IMG/VR virus record: IMGVR_UViG_3300020438_000030
Span: 3,370-67,369 of that record
DNA length: 64,000 nucleotides
Strand: one strand, 5' to 3'
Origin: a virus
Shown here: positions 35,746-44,720 of the stretch, in pieces
Position numbering within the stretch: position 1 is the stretch's first letter
Layout: the number at the start of each line of letters is the position of its first letter
The notes under the pieces: generated by a model
What the model saw: the letters and a program-made list of their open reading frames with translations, nothing else
Databases searched by the model: none
What the model was told of the DNA's origin: nothing
Made by a program: the position numbers and the translations under genes

Positions 35746-36504
35746 TTAAACGATGGACCAGTTTTCACCGGTGCCAATAGTGACAGTGACACCAGAATTT
35801 AAATAAATAGGACCACAACTAGTGGCGTTTTCTCCTGATGGCAGAGTGAAACTTGTAGTTACATTCTGCTCATTCAATAGGAATACTCTATCACCGCCAG
35901 AACCAGTTGCTCCTCCACCAAGGATTGCCCAAGTTCCGTCGTACCCTTCAAATTGATTAAGGGTAGTGTTATACCGGATCATACCGGTAGATGAAGTTCC
36001 TGGTCTAGCTGCTGTTGTACCAGACGGAATTTTTAATGCACCGCTGCTAAATAGATGTGTATCTCCATTACCTGAAACACGTACCCATTCAGTGCCATCA
36101 GCAGTAACTGAAAGAGTGTTAGGGGCAACAGTAAAGATGCCTGTATTCTCGTCATCAATAAAAGTAATTGATGGTTCAGATGCACTGCCACTTTCAAAAT
36201 AAATTCGGTCAACACCAGATAGTGTTCCGGTAACCGTTAAATCTCCAACAATTCCTGTTGTAAATCGGCCAATAGCACCTGAAATAGTGCCACTAGTTGT
36301 CGTGATATTTCCTGTTACGGTATTGTAGTTACCACTATTTGTAATATCACCTTGAACATCCAGGTCACCATTAATGATGACATTACCACTAAAAGTAGGA
36401 TTACGAAGAAGTCCTGAGACAGGTACGGTAACACTTGCCTCGTTTGGTGAAACGCCTGTAGTAAACGTTATAAAATCAACGCGAACTTCGCCAAACTGTG
36501 GCAT
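35746..36504 (-). CDS. tail/fibre-related structural protein
   Basis: GSASEPSITF, PSGTTAARP...GMIRYNTTLNQFEGY. Confidence 0.75.
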   Translation of the reverse strand: MPQFGEVRVDFITFTTGVSPNEASVTVPVSGLLRNPTFSGNVIINGDLDVQGDITNSGNYNTVTGNITTTSGTISGAIGRFTTGIVGDLTVTGTLSGVDRIYFESGSASEPSITFIDDENTGIFTVAPNTLSVTADGTEWVRVSGNGDTHLFSSGALKIPSGTTAARPGTSSTGMIRYNTTLNQFEGYDGTWAILGGGATGSGGDRVFLLNEQNVTTSFTLPSGENATSCGPIYLNSGVTVTIGTGENWSIV

Positions 36505-36545
36505 GATTAAAAGATCTCAGCTACTACTTTTAAATACATTCTAAC

Positions 36546-38978
36546 TCAGTTACCCCAAATTGTTAGGACGGCACCGTAGACGCCAGAAGAGATTGTTGCT
36601 TTTCTGCTTGCACCTGCAGTAAATTCAATCGCATCTCCTGAGCTGGTATATAAGCCTGTATTGGCATCGTCAATAAAAGTAATTCCTGGATTAGTTTGGT
36701 TTCCTGAAGGGAAGAAAGCTTGATCTCTACTTAATAATCCGCTTTGGAAATAAGCTTCTCCACTTACATTTAAATCTCCACTAACAGTTAAGTTATCTCC
36801 AACAATAAAAATGTCATCAATATAAAGATCATTAAACTGACCTGTTGTAAACGTTGCTGTTTCTCCTGTAACAGTAGTTCCAGAAATAGTTCCAGTTACT
36901 GTTAGGTTTTGTCCAATAAGAATTCCGCTAACAAAATTACTTGTACCGGTGACTGTAATACCTTCACGGAAAATACTAGAGCCACTGACAACAATGCCAT
37001 TATCAAAGACTGAATTGCCACTGACTTCTAGATCACCACTAACAGTAAGGTTGTCTCCAATAACAAAGTCATCATCGACAAATAAATCTTGGAACGTACC
37101 TGTGGCAAATAGTGCTCTAACACCTGTAACTGTTTGACCCGAAATTGTTGCGCCTGAAACAGTATTCGCAAGAACAGTTAAACCTGTAACAGTACCTGCA
37201 AAAGCTCCGCTGGCTGCTGTTATTTCTTGTACTGCATCAATAAATTCACCTGAAATGCGATAGCCAGTAATCGTATTACTAACAAATAAATCACCAGTAA
37301 TTGATATTTCACCACCACTAATAACAATGCCACTAATTGTACTTGTCCAGATAGGTGCTTCACCTGCACCTTGTGAAACTAAAACTTGTCCATGAGCACC
37401 GTAGTTTTCTCCCGAGATTCCCAGGGCACCATAACGACTAATACGGAAACGTTCCTGACCACTGGTAGTAAAGCCTAGATATTTTTCTTGTGCTGGGTTG
37501 CCATCAATAGTTCCACTGGTAACAAAGATACCTGTATCATCTTGTCCTTCAAAACTAATAGAAGGTCTTAGTGCAGTTCCGGAAGCAAATACACCTGTTT
37601 GTGCATGAACTGTTGTACCTGAGAATGACGTGCCTGTTACGTTAGTAAAGACTCCACTTACTCCTGTAAATGTTGTAAAGGAAGCAGTAGTACCTGTAGC
37701 AGTTACAAAGTGTCCACTTGTTGTAGAAACAGTTGTTCCTGTAATTGTTCCGCTTACATATACATTGTCACCTGATAAAGTTCCGGTAATCAAAGGAGAG
37801 GTAATAATAGTATCAAAATTACCTGACTGTGCTGTAATTACTTCACCGCTTACTTCTCCTGTAATTGTTACACCAGAAGCAAAGTAACCTGAGCCACTAA
37901 CAAATAAATTTTCTAATACAGTGAAACTACCGCTAACAGTTTGGTCACCACTAAATTGTAAGTTTGCTGCAGTTAATGTTTGTGCTTGTAATGAAGTAAA
38001 TAAACCAGAAGCACCAGTAACAGTAGTACCAGAAAGATAAGTAAAAAATCCTGATGTGCCGTAAGTAGCTGCTAAATTTGCAGTATCACCTGTAATTGTT
38101 GTACCAGATAAAGAAGTAAAGTGTGAATTAAATCCAGTAACATTTAAAAACTGACCATTGTCACCTGTGATCGTTGTACCAGATAAATTTATTACATTAA
38201 TAAATGTTCCTGTTGTTCTTTCAAAGAAAGCTGAGTCACCGGTAATGGTTGTACCAGAGATTTGCGTTGTAAATACGGCTGTTTGACCTGTAAGTGTCGT
38301 ATATTTTCCGATGTCACCTGTAATCGTCGCACCAGAAATAGTGCCTGTTGCATTAATGTCATTGCTATTAATAGTGCCACTATGAGTTAAAACTCCTGTA
38401 AATGTTGCATTGTTTACATTAAGAGTATCTATTTGAGCTACTTGTGCGTATAAATCGTTGATATCAGCATCGACAATAATTCCGGAGACAACACCAAAAC
38501 TTTCTCCTGTCAGGGTTGCACCTGACATGGTGTCAAAGAAACCAGTAACAAAATCTATGGTTGTGCCAGTAGCAATTGTAAAGTTGCCTGAACTAATTTC
38601 AATAAAATCTGCAATAACATTATTGACTTCAATTTGACTGCCAGTAATCGTTCCTGTTACAGAAAAACTTCCACTGGTCGTTAAATCACCACCAACAATA
38701 ACCGCTTGAAAATCCGAATCGCCACTTACAGTAAGGTTATTAAGACTCGTGTCACCGCTTACACCTAAATTACCTGTAATGGTAATATTGTTATATGTCG
38801 GATCTTCGCCAACGTTAATATAATATTCATCTAAGTAGTTTCTAAAACCACTAAAAGTAATCTTTTTATTTCTTAAGGCAGGGTCAACTTCAAAGACATG
38901 AACCAGGGTCAGAAGATCTGCATTGGCAATATCTACCGATTCAATCGTCGGAAATTGTGAGATCTTTCTATTTGCCAC
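36546..38978 (-). CDS. S/T/G-rich repetitive structural protein (fibre shaft-like)
   Basis: MANRKISQF N-terminus; many SGTTITG/SGATITG repeats. Confidence 0.75.
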   Translation of the reverse strand: MANRKISQFPTIESVDIANADLLTLVHVFEVDPALRNKKITFSGFRNYLDEYYINVGEDPTYNNITITGNLGVSGDTSLNNLTVSGDSDFQAVIVGGDLTTSGSFSVTGTITGSQIEVNNVIADFIEISSGNFTIATGTTIDFVTGFFDTMSGATLTGESFGVVSGIIVDADINDLYAQVAQIDTLNVNNATFTGVLTHSGTINSNDINATGTISGATITGDIGKYTTLTGQTAVFTTQISGTTITGDSAFFERTTGTFINVINLSGTTITGDNGQFLNVTGFNSHFTSLSGTTITGDTANLAATYGTSGFFTYLSGTTVTGASGLFTSLQAQTLTAANLQFSGDQTVSGSFTVLENLFVSGSGYFASGVTITGEVSGEVITAQSGNFDTIITSPLITGTLSGDNVYVSGTITGTTVSTTSGHFVTATGTTASFTTFTGVSGVFTNVTGTSFSGTTVHAQTGVFASGTALRPSISFEGQDDTGIFVTSGTIDGNPAQEKYLGFTTSGQERFRISRYGALGISGENYGAHGQVLVSQGAGEAPIWTSTISGIVISGGEISITGDLFVSNTITGYRISGEFIDAVQEITAASGAFAGTVTGLTVLANTVSGATISGQTVTGVRALFATGTFQDLFVDDDFVIGDNLTVSGDLEVSGNSVFDNGIVVSGSSIFREGITVTGTSNFVSGILIGQNLTVTGTISGTTVTGETATFTTGQFNDLYIDDIFIVGDNLTVSGDLNVSGEAYFQSGLLSRDQAFFPSGNQTNPGITFIDDANTGLYTSSGDAIEFTAGASRKATISSGVYGAVLTIWGN

Positions 38979-39019
38979 CTATTTATAAAGTCAAATCCTA
39001 ACTGATATTATAGGACTGC

Positions 39020-39502
39020 TTATTTATCACGAATTTCAATTCGAGGTAAAATATCTGTTGTAAATGACCAGATGCCTTGCACACCTAAAACAATGCCACT
39101 AGCAAGAACAAAAATAACTAAAATCTCTGCTAGTGTTAAGTTTCTTCTTACATAAACAATTTTAGGTTCTTCTGGTACTGGTTGTTGCATTTGAGCAGGA
39201 GGTGCAGGAGTTTGAGTAACTTGCTGGATAGCTTGTTGTAAAGCTTCTTTCCTCATTGCCTCAAAGTCAGGCACATTAAATTGTACTCCTGGTTGTTGTG
39301 GCTGAGGCGTTTGTGCTGCCATAGCTTGTTCATACACTGCTTGATCAAATTCAGCTGGATTTTTATAACGTGGTCCAGTCGGATCTGTAAAATAATTATT
39401 TTCTTGCGGCATTTGCCCAGGAGTTACATATTGCTTACTGGAAGGGACTTGATCTTCCATTGGTACTGGGTTATTGTTCATTGAAAGTGTAGCATTAATC
39501 AA
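39020..39502 (-). CDS. P/Q-rich protein with C-terminal transmembrane helix
   Basis: LTLAEILVIFVLASGIVLGVQGIW. Confidence 0.7.
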   Translation of the reverse strand: MINATLSMNNNPVPMEDQVPSSKQYVTPGQMPQENNYFTDPTGPRYKNPAEFDQAVYEQAMAAQTPQPQQPGVQFNVPDFEAMRKEALQQAIQQVTQTPAPPAQMQQPVPEEPKIVYVRRNLTLAEILVIFVLASGIVLGVQGIWSFTTDILPRIEIRDK

Positions 39503-39513
39503 AACCTTTTGCG

Positions 39514-39978
39514 ATGAGCAAAACTGAAACAGGCGGAATCGTTAAAGCATTGAATTCTATTAATGCTGAATTGCGCGGAATTCGAAACATTTTGTCTTCA
39601 ATGTGGCACAGTCGATACCAAAACGAAGAAACTGATCTAGTATCTCCCGAAGTTTATTCTGATGAATACATTTCTACTGAAGAATGTGCGCGTCGTTTAA
39701 ACGTAACAGATCAAACAATTCGAAATTGGATTTTACAAGGTAAAAAAAGAAAAGATTTTGGTTGGCAACAAGGTGTTCATTACATTGTCATGCCTGTTGG
39801 AACACATAAAAAAATGATTCGTATTCCTTGGAATCAGCTTATTCTTTCTTACAGGAAAGGAGAAGATGTTAATCTGAGAACATTTGATCCCGTTAATTCT
39901 GTTGATTTATATTCCGGTGATTCACGCAGGAATTTAGATCATATACCTGATCCTTCTGTTCCTAATGTAGAAGATTAA
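39514..39978 (+). CDS. helix-turn-helix (excisionase/MerR-like) DNA-binding protein
   Basis: YISTEECARRLNVTDQTIRNWI...WQQGVHY. Confidence 0.75.
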   Translation: MSKTETGGIVKALNSINAELRGIRNILSSMWHSRYQNEETDLVSPEVYSDEYISTEECARRLNVTDQTIRNWILQGKKRKDFGWQQGVHYIVMPVGTHKKMIRIPWNQLILSYRKGEDVNLRTFDPVNSVDLYSGDSRRNLDHIPDPSVPNVED

Positions 39979-39979
39979 A

Positions 39980-40441
39980 ATGACGCATCGTTTTGATGGA
40001 ATAAAAATAGCTGAACTTACTTTTGATAATTATCAAGAGAACTTACCAAAAAGTTTAGCCACTCAAGTAGAAAAATTTCTACCTCCTCAAGGTTCTTTTG
40101 ATGAAAATATTATGCGTCGTTATGTCCAATCGATTCGTGATTTTGAATTAGAAGATCCTAATAGCAGCATGACATTGGCTAATCGATTACGTTTAGCTTT
40201 TCAAGATATGTCCCCAGAAACTATTTGTAGTCGTTTTCCAAATGCTGATCTTCCTTTGAAACGTCGCTTACGTTGTGTAGCTGAGTATTTAATTCGTTCT
40301 GGTGAGTTTGATAAAGTAAAAGATGAGAATGGAAAACTAATAAAAAAACGTGGTATCTTAGGAAAAATGGTTGTTATTTATCAGCCGTTACCTAAAATGC
40401 TTTCAATACTTCAAAAACAAAAACTTTTAAAAAATGGATAG
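39980..40441 (+). CDS. hypothetical protein
   Basis: 153-aa basic ORF in the + strand operon. Confidence 0.75.
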   Translation: MTHRFDGIKIAELTFDNYQENLPKSLATQVEKFLPPQGSFDENIMRRYVQSIRDFELEDPNSSMTLANRLRLAFQDMSPETICSRFPNADLPLKRRLRCVAEYLIRSGEFDKVKDENGKLIKKRGILGKMVVIYQPLPKMLSILQKQKLLKNG

Positions 40442-40817
40442 ACGCGAAAAACTTCTTACTGCTTTGTGTGGAAAAAATCTTGATGGTAATAGCGTTAAGT
40501 ATGCTGATGCCACTATCAAGTTAATTCTTGGTGATATGGGTAAAGAATATGTAAAATTCTGGGAACTAGAAGGTCCAGGAGCAATGTGTTTTCAGCCAAA
40601 TAATGCAGAACGCACAATGTTTTGGTTGACTTTAGGTGAACTGCATAATGCAAAGGAAGAAGCAGAATCAGCTAATAATGAAGATCTTTCTGAATCTTTT
40701 AGACGAATTTTAGAATCAGTACAAAAAATTGACCCTATGGCAGGAGCTGGCTACATTCTTAATGACCATCAAGGCATGCGTTATTTTTATATTGATTACA
40801 ATAAAGAATCTGAGTAA
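40434..40817 (+). CDS. hypothetical protein
   Basis: 127-aa ORF, overlap-coupled. Confidence 0.75.
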   Translation: MDRREKLLTALCGKNLDGNSVKYADATIKLILGDMGKEYVKFWELEGPGAMCFQPNNAERTMFWLTLGELHNAKEEAESANNEDLSESFRRILESVQKIDPMAGAGYILNDHQGMRYFYIDYNKESE

Positions 40818-41410
40818 TGGGTCTTAAGCGAGGTAACGTACGCTCAGAAGAGTTTGAATGGATTACTAACCGTGATTTGGTTGACTCTGCCCATCTCCTT
40901 ATGGGTCAAATTGACCTCGATCCAGCTAGCTCTGCATTTGCTAACGAATACGTCGGAGCAAACCATTACTACACTCCAAAAGAAGATGGCTTAAATGAAG
41001 AAAAATGGTTTGGAAATGTTTATTTATTTCCTCCAAGCCAATCTTATTTTTGGCACAAGAAAAGCCAACGCTGGAAAACAACAAGAGGATTGTCTCCAAC
41101 ATTGACTTCGGGACATGCATTATGGTGGAGAACATTAAAACGTAAATGGTTATCAGGAGAAATTGAACAAGGTTTATATTTTTCTAATTTTATTGATATG
41201 ACAATGTACTGTCAGGATATTTTTGATTATCCTGTTTGCATTTTAAAATCACGACCCACATTAACGCGTCACTACTATGCTGACGATAAAATTTTATCAA
41301 GAAACACAGGTTGTAGTTTGGTTGTTTATCTGCAGCCTAGAGACAATATAGAAGAAACTACTCAAGAATTTATTAATATTTATTCTGAAAAAGGCAGAAT
41401 TATTGTGTAA
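40817..41410 (+). CDS. phage N6-adenine DNA methyltransferase-like protein with an altered catalytic motif
   Basis: EWIT, IDLDPAS, YTPKEDGL..KW.GNVYL; NPPY replaced by FPPS. Confidence 0.65.
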   Translation: MGLKRGNVRSEEFEWITNRDLVDSAHLLMGQIDLDPASSAFANEYVGANHYYTPKEDGLNEEKWFGNVYLFPPSQSYFWHKKSQRWKTTRGLSPTLTSGHALWWRTLKRKWLSGEIEQGLYFSNFIDMTMYCQDIFDYPVCILKSRPTLTRHYYADDKILSRNTGCSLVVYLQPRDNIEETTQEFINIYSEKGRIIV

Positions 41411-41433
41411 ACTATTTGAACTGAGTTCTAATT

Positions 41434-42018
41434 ATGACGGTTTTAAGCGATAAAGAAATTTGTGTATTTGCTGACGAAGGAATGATTACTCCCTTTCATT
41501 CTTCCCTAATTAATAAGGAAAATGAAGTTCCTATTCTTAGTTATGGTCTTAGCTCCTATGGTTATGATATTCGGTTATCGCCTAATCAATGCCTCTTATT
41601 TGGTGGTGTCCAGCACGGTATGTGCGATGCTAAAAACTTTGACCCTGAAATCCTAAAGGAAACTGAACTCCATGAAGATGACCACGGACAGTATTTTATT
41701 ATTCCTCCTTTTGGCTATTGCCTCGGCGTTGCTGTTGAACGCTTGGCTTTACCCCGCGACGTCACTGTAGTTGCTGTAGGTAAAAGTACGTATGCAAGGG
41801 CTGGAATTATGGCAAACATTACACCAGCTGAAGCTGGTTGGGAAGGTCATTTGACACTAGAGATTAGTAACTGTACTCCTTTGTTTAATAAAATTTATGC
41901 CAATGAAGGAATCTGTCAATTGTTATTTTTCCAAGGAGAACCTTGTGAAGTTGATTATCAAATGCGTAAAGGAAAATATCAAAAACAACCCTATGAAGTA
42001 GTCTTATCTAAGGTTTAA
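41434..42018 (+). CDS. dcd: dCTP deaminase
   Basis: SYGLSSYGYDIRL, GKSTYARAG, TPAEAGWEGHLTLE, YANEGICQ, GKYQ. Confidence 0.93.
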   Translation: MTVLSDKEICVFADEGMITPFHSSLINKENEVPILSYGLSSYGYDIRLSPNQCLLFGGVQHGMCDAKNFDPEILKETELHEDDHGQYFIIPPFGYCLGVAVERLALPRDVTVVAVGKSTYARAGIMANITPAEAGWEGHLTLEISNCTPLFNKIYANEGICQLLFFQGEPCEVDYQMRKGKYQKQPYEVVLSKV

Positions 42019-42356
42019 GAAAAACTTGTGTATGGATAGTACAAACGATTTGTTGAGGGTTGTGGTTTATTTGCATAGTTAGTTGCGCCTGCTTTTCCAA
42101 AGGGGTCTCCTTCAATAAAAGCTGGTGTTTGTCCTTGCCTATCTGTAAATGGTTGATCGTAATTCATCTTCTGCCGAAACTTTCCGGCTGATTTCTTTGC
42201 TCTCAAAAACTTTTCAACACGATCTTGCTGCCGCTCGTTGCGAATGTCCCCGGCATACGCAGTACGCTTCTCGTCATCTTCCAAACGGCGAATATCTACG
42301 TCATAAGCTCTCTCAGGAGTTAGATCATTAACAAACCCACCAGAGCTAGCTGCCAC
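42015..42356 (-). CDS. hypothetical protein
   Basis: 113-aa ORF, GTG start. Confidence 0.6.
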   Translation of the reverse strand: MAASSGGFVNDLTPERAYDVDIRRLEDDEKRTAYAGDIRNERQQDRVEKFLRAKKSAGKFRQKMNYDQPFTDRQGQTPAFIEGDPFGKAGATNYANKPQPSTNRLYYPYTSFS

Positions 42357-42420
42357 TATTATTTTTAAAAATTATTATAGTTGAATTATAATTGAACTTA
42401 ACTAATGAGAATAAAACGAC

Positions 42421-42780
42421 ATGGATTTTTTATCCTCTTTTATTAAAAACAATGACGAGCTTAAGACTCGTATGGTTACAATTTCTGATTTTGGACAGGA
42501 ATTAGATAATGAAAATAATGACGTTCCAGTGTATGATCAATTCAATAGAGGACTTGCAGTAACTCAAGAGATGCGTCCTCGTACTAACTTAGCTATTGAT
42601 CCTGAGGAACTAAATCGATGCGGAGTAACGGGAACAATTCCGAGCGCGGAACAGGGAATTGCGATGGGAGCCATGCCACAACCACGTCAGTTGATGGTGG
42701 ATATGGGAGATTACGCTCCGGAGGAAATGGAAATGGACGAGAAGAAACAAAGAAAGATGATGGCTGGTTTGAACCGGTAA
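42421..42780 (+). CDS. hypothetical protein
   Basis: 119-aa ORF with TATAAT upstream. Confidence 0.65.
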   Translation: MDFLSSFIKNNDELKTRMVTISDFGQELDNENNDVPVYDQFNRGLAVTQEMRPRTNLAIDPEELNRCGVTGTIPSAEQGIAMGAMPQPRQLMVDMGDYAPEEMEMDEKKQRKMMAGLNR

Positions 42781-43124
42781 CTTCAGAAGAAGAAGTATTA
42801 GATTGCCCTGGGGGCATTTGCCCTGTACCTTGGGCTGTTGATACAAGTGGTGATGAAAATGAAATAACGTATGACAAAAAAGTATGGAATGACTATGTAA
42901 AAAAACACGAAGAAATTTTTGTTGATAATGTTAATCATCCTTTACATTACAATGATGGAGGGCTTGAGTGCATTGAAGCCATCGAAGCACAGCTAACGCC
43001 AGAAGAATATAGAGGCTACCTAAAAGGTAACGTAGCAAAATATGTTTGGCGCGAAAAGCATAAAGGGGGTATTGAATCACTGAAAAAAGCTCAGTGGTAT
43101 TTAACTAGATTAATAGCTTTGTAA
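42618..43124 (+). CDS. DUF3310 (SaV / T7 gp1.7-like) protein
   Basis: DNVNHPLHY..GGLECIEAI...KGNVAKYVWR..HKGG.ESLKKAQWYL; start uncertain. Confidence 0.8.
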   Translation: MRSNGNNSERGTGNCDGSHATTTSVDGGYGRLRSGGNGNGREETKKDDGWFEPVTSEEEVLDCPGGICPVPWAVDTSGDENEITYDKKVWNDYVKKHEEIFVDNVNHPLHYNDGGLECIEAIEAQLTPEEYRGYLKGNVAKYVWREKHKGGIESLKKAQWYLTRLIAL

Positions 43125-43125
43125 T

Positions 43126-43425
43126 CTAGCCAAAAAAAGGAGTTAAGTCTTCATCATCTTCGTCATCTTCTTGACTGGCCATGATTGTTAGGGCTAGTTG
43201 AGCTAGCTCTATATCACTTGGAATGTCAAACTCTAATTCAATATTTTCAGCTTGTAGCATATCTTTTACCGCTTGAATTTCTAAAAGACGTTGATGATAT
43301 AAATTTAACAAGGCAATATAAAGTTGATCCCAAGTTAATTCTTGTGCCTCTAATTCTGCCTTACGCATCGCAAGCTGCAGGTGTAATGGTAATTCAAACT
43401 CTTTAGTAGATGTTGAGTCACCCAT
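43126..43425 (-). CDS. nblA: NblA-like phycobilisome degradation adaptor
   Basis: LPLHLQLAMRKAELEAQELTWDQLYIALLNLYHQ aligns without gaps to the NblA pattern LSLEQQFSIR...VQNMSHDQAKDFLVKLYEQ; acidic tail. Confidence 0.65.
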   Translation of the reverse strand: MGDSTSTKEFELPLHLQLAMRKAELEAQELTWDQLYIALLNLYHQRLLEIQAVKDMLQAENIELEFDIPSDIELAQLALTIMASQEDDEDDEDLTPFFG

Positions 43426-43463
43426 CCGATTAACCTTTACTCCATTCATTCTAGTGTATAGAT

Positions 43464-44117
43464 TTATTTTTGGAATTCAAAAATAAAACGCAAATCCTCT
43501 TCCGATAAATCAAAATCACCACTATAGGTAACATTAAATTTGTTAGCAAATTCTGACAAAATATAAGGATTGATTTCTGTTTCAAGCTGCCTAATAGCAG
43601 CAACTTGTTCTGGGGAAGCTGAATAATTTCTAAAAGCTTTTAACAATAAATTTCCAGGTAAATTTTCTAAATCTAAAAATAAACAAGCTTCTTGTCTTCT
43701 TCTGTCTAATAAACCACCAATCACTTCGTGTTCTTCATTAAAAATCCATTTACCAAACTCTTGAGCTGCTTGTGCATAGTTTTCATTTTCACACAAATCA
43801 ATGATAGGACTGTACAAAAAAGAATCCCAACCAATTGAATGAATAAATGAAATTAATCCTTGTTTCATATCAAGATCAATTTCAAGATTTAATTTATCAA
43901 TTTCTTCCGCAATAACATTTACTTCGTAAAGCAAATACTCTAATGCTTTTTCTTTGGTACAACAATGCCCTTGCTTAACTTGAGAACCATCTGGATAAAA
44001 TTGTGTCCCATATCCAAAAGTATATGGATCGCTTCCAGTAACGGGATCAGGGTAAGCTTTTTCGTTAAAACCTTCAAAAGTTTTAATTATAGAAATAGCA
44101 TCTTGATAAAGATACAT
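43464..44117 (-). CDS. GH24 phage lysozyme
   Basis: IKTFEGFNEKAYPDP...TFGYG (E-x8-D catalytic pair), GGLLDRRRQE. Confidence 0.85.
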   Translation of the reverse strand: MYLYQDAISIIKTFEGFNEKAYPDPVTGSDPYTFGYGTQFYPDGSQVKQGHCCTKEKALEYLLYEVNVIAEEIDKLNLEIDLDMKQGLISFIHSIGWDSFLYSPIIDLCENENYAQAAQEFGKWIFNEEHEVIGGLLDRRRQEACLFLDLENLPGNLLLKAFRNYSASPEQVAAIRQLETEINPYILSEFANKFNVTYSGDFDLSEEDLRFIFEFQK

Positions 44118-44146
44118 TAGAGCTTTGCATATCTTTATACTATATA

Positions 44147-44260
44147 TTATTTTCCTTGTCCACGGAGTTTTTTGCGTCCGTGGTTTGGACGAGAATGTTT
44201 ACCACTTCCTTGTTTTGTTTTCTTAGGTTTTCCAACGACGTAGCTGCCACCTTTGTTCAT
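44147..44260 (-). CDS. small basic protein (37 aa)
   Basis: MNKGGSYVVGKPKKTKQGSGKHSRPNHGRKKLRGQGK. Confidence 0.65.
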   Translation of the reverse strand: MNKGGSYVVGKPKKTKQGSGKHSRPNHGRKKLRGQGK

Positions 44261-44427
44261 GTATCTAAAGAAGCTTCACACAGTATACTAAATAAAAATA
44301 ATTTTAGTTGTTGATATTTTTCTTGTTCTTCTGGGAGCCCCCCTGGCCAATATTTTAAAGCTACACAAACTGCTTCATATAATGCTCTTACATCTTCAAG
44401 AGGTAATTTTAGTTCTACTGTTACCAC
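44257..44427 (-). CDS. hypothetical protein (56 aa)
   Basis: GTG start; ...ALKYWPGGLPEEQE...; overlap-coupled on both sides. Confidence 0.6.
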   Translation of the reverse strand: MVTVELKLPLEDVRALYEAVCVALKYWPGGLPEEQEKYQQLKLFLFSILCEASLDT

Positions 44428-44720
44428 TTAACTTTGTGACTCCAATATCGTGCACTCATTTTACTTGGTTTGCTATCTTGAGCATTGTGTCTAGCATAAT
44501 ATGACTTCTTACGTGCTTTCTCTTTGGCTGTCTTCGGATTTTTGCCAGCGCCCTTTACACCCTGTTGACCGAAACGAACAATTTTTTCTTTCCCTTTTTC
44601 ACAAGCTTTTACGACATGAGATTTAGTTTTATGACCAGGAGTTTTTTTAGGTTTATTACAAGCCATTTTGTCTTTATTTAATTTCGCAGCTTTAGCTGCT
44701 TTTTTATATTTTTCTGCCAT
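44421..44720 (-). CDS. highly basic protein
   Basis: KIVRFGQQG...RKKSYYARH...SARYWS; very K-rich. Confidence 0.75.
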   Translation of the reverse strand: MAEKYKKAAKAAKLNKDKMACNKPKKTPGHKTKSHVVKACEKGKEKIVRFGQQGVKGAGKNPKTAKEKARKKSYYARHNAQDSKPSKMSARYWSHKVKW

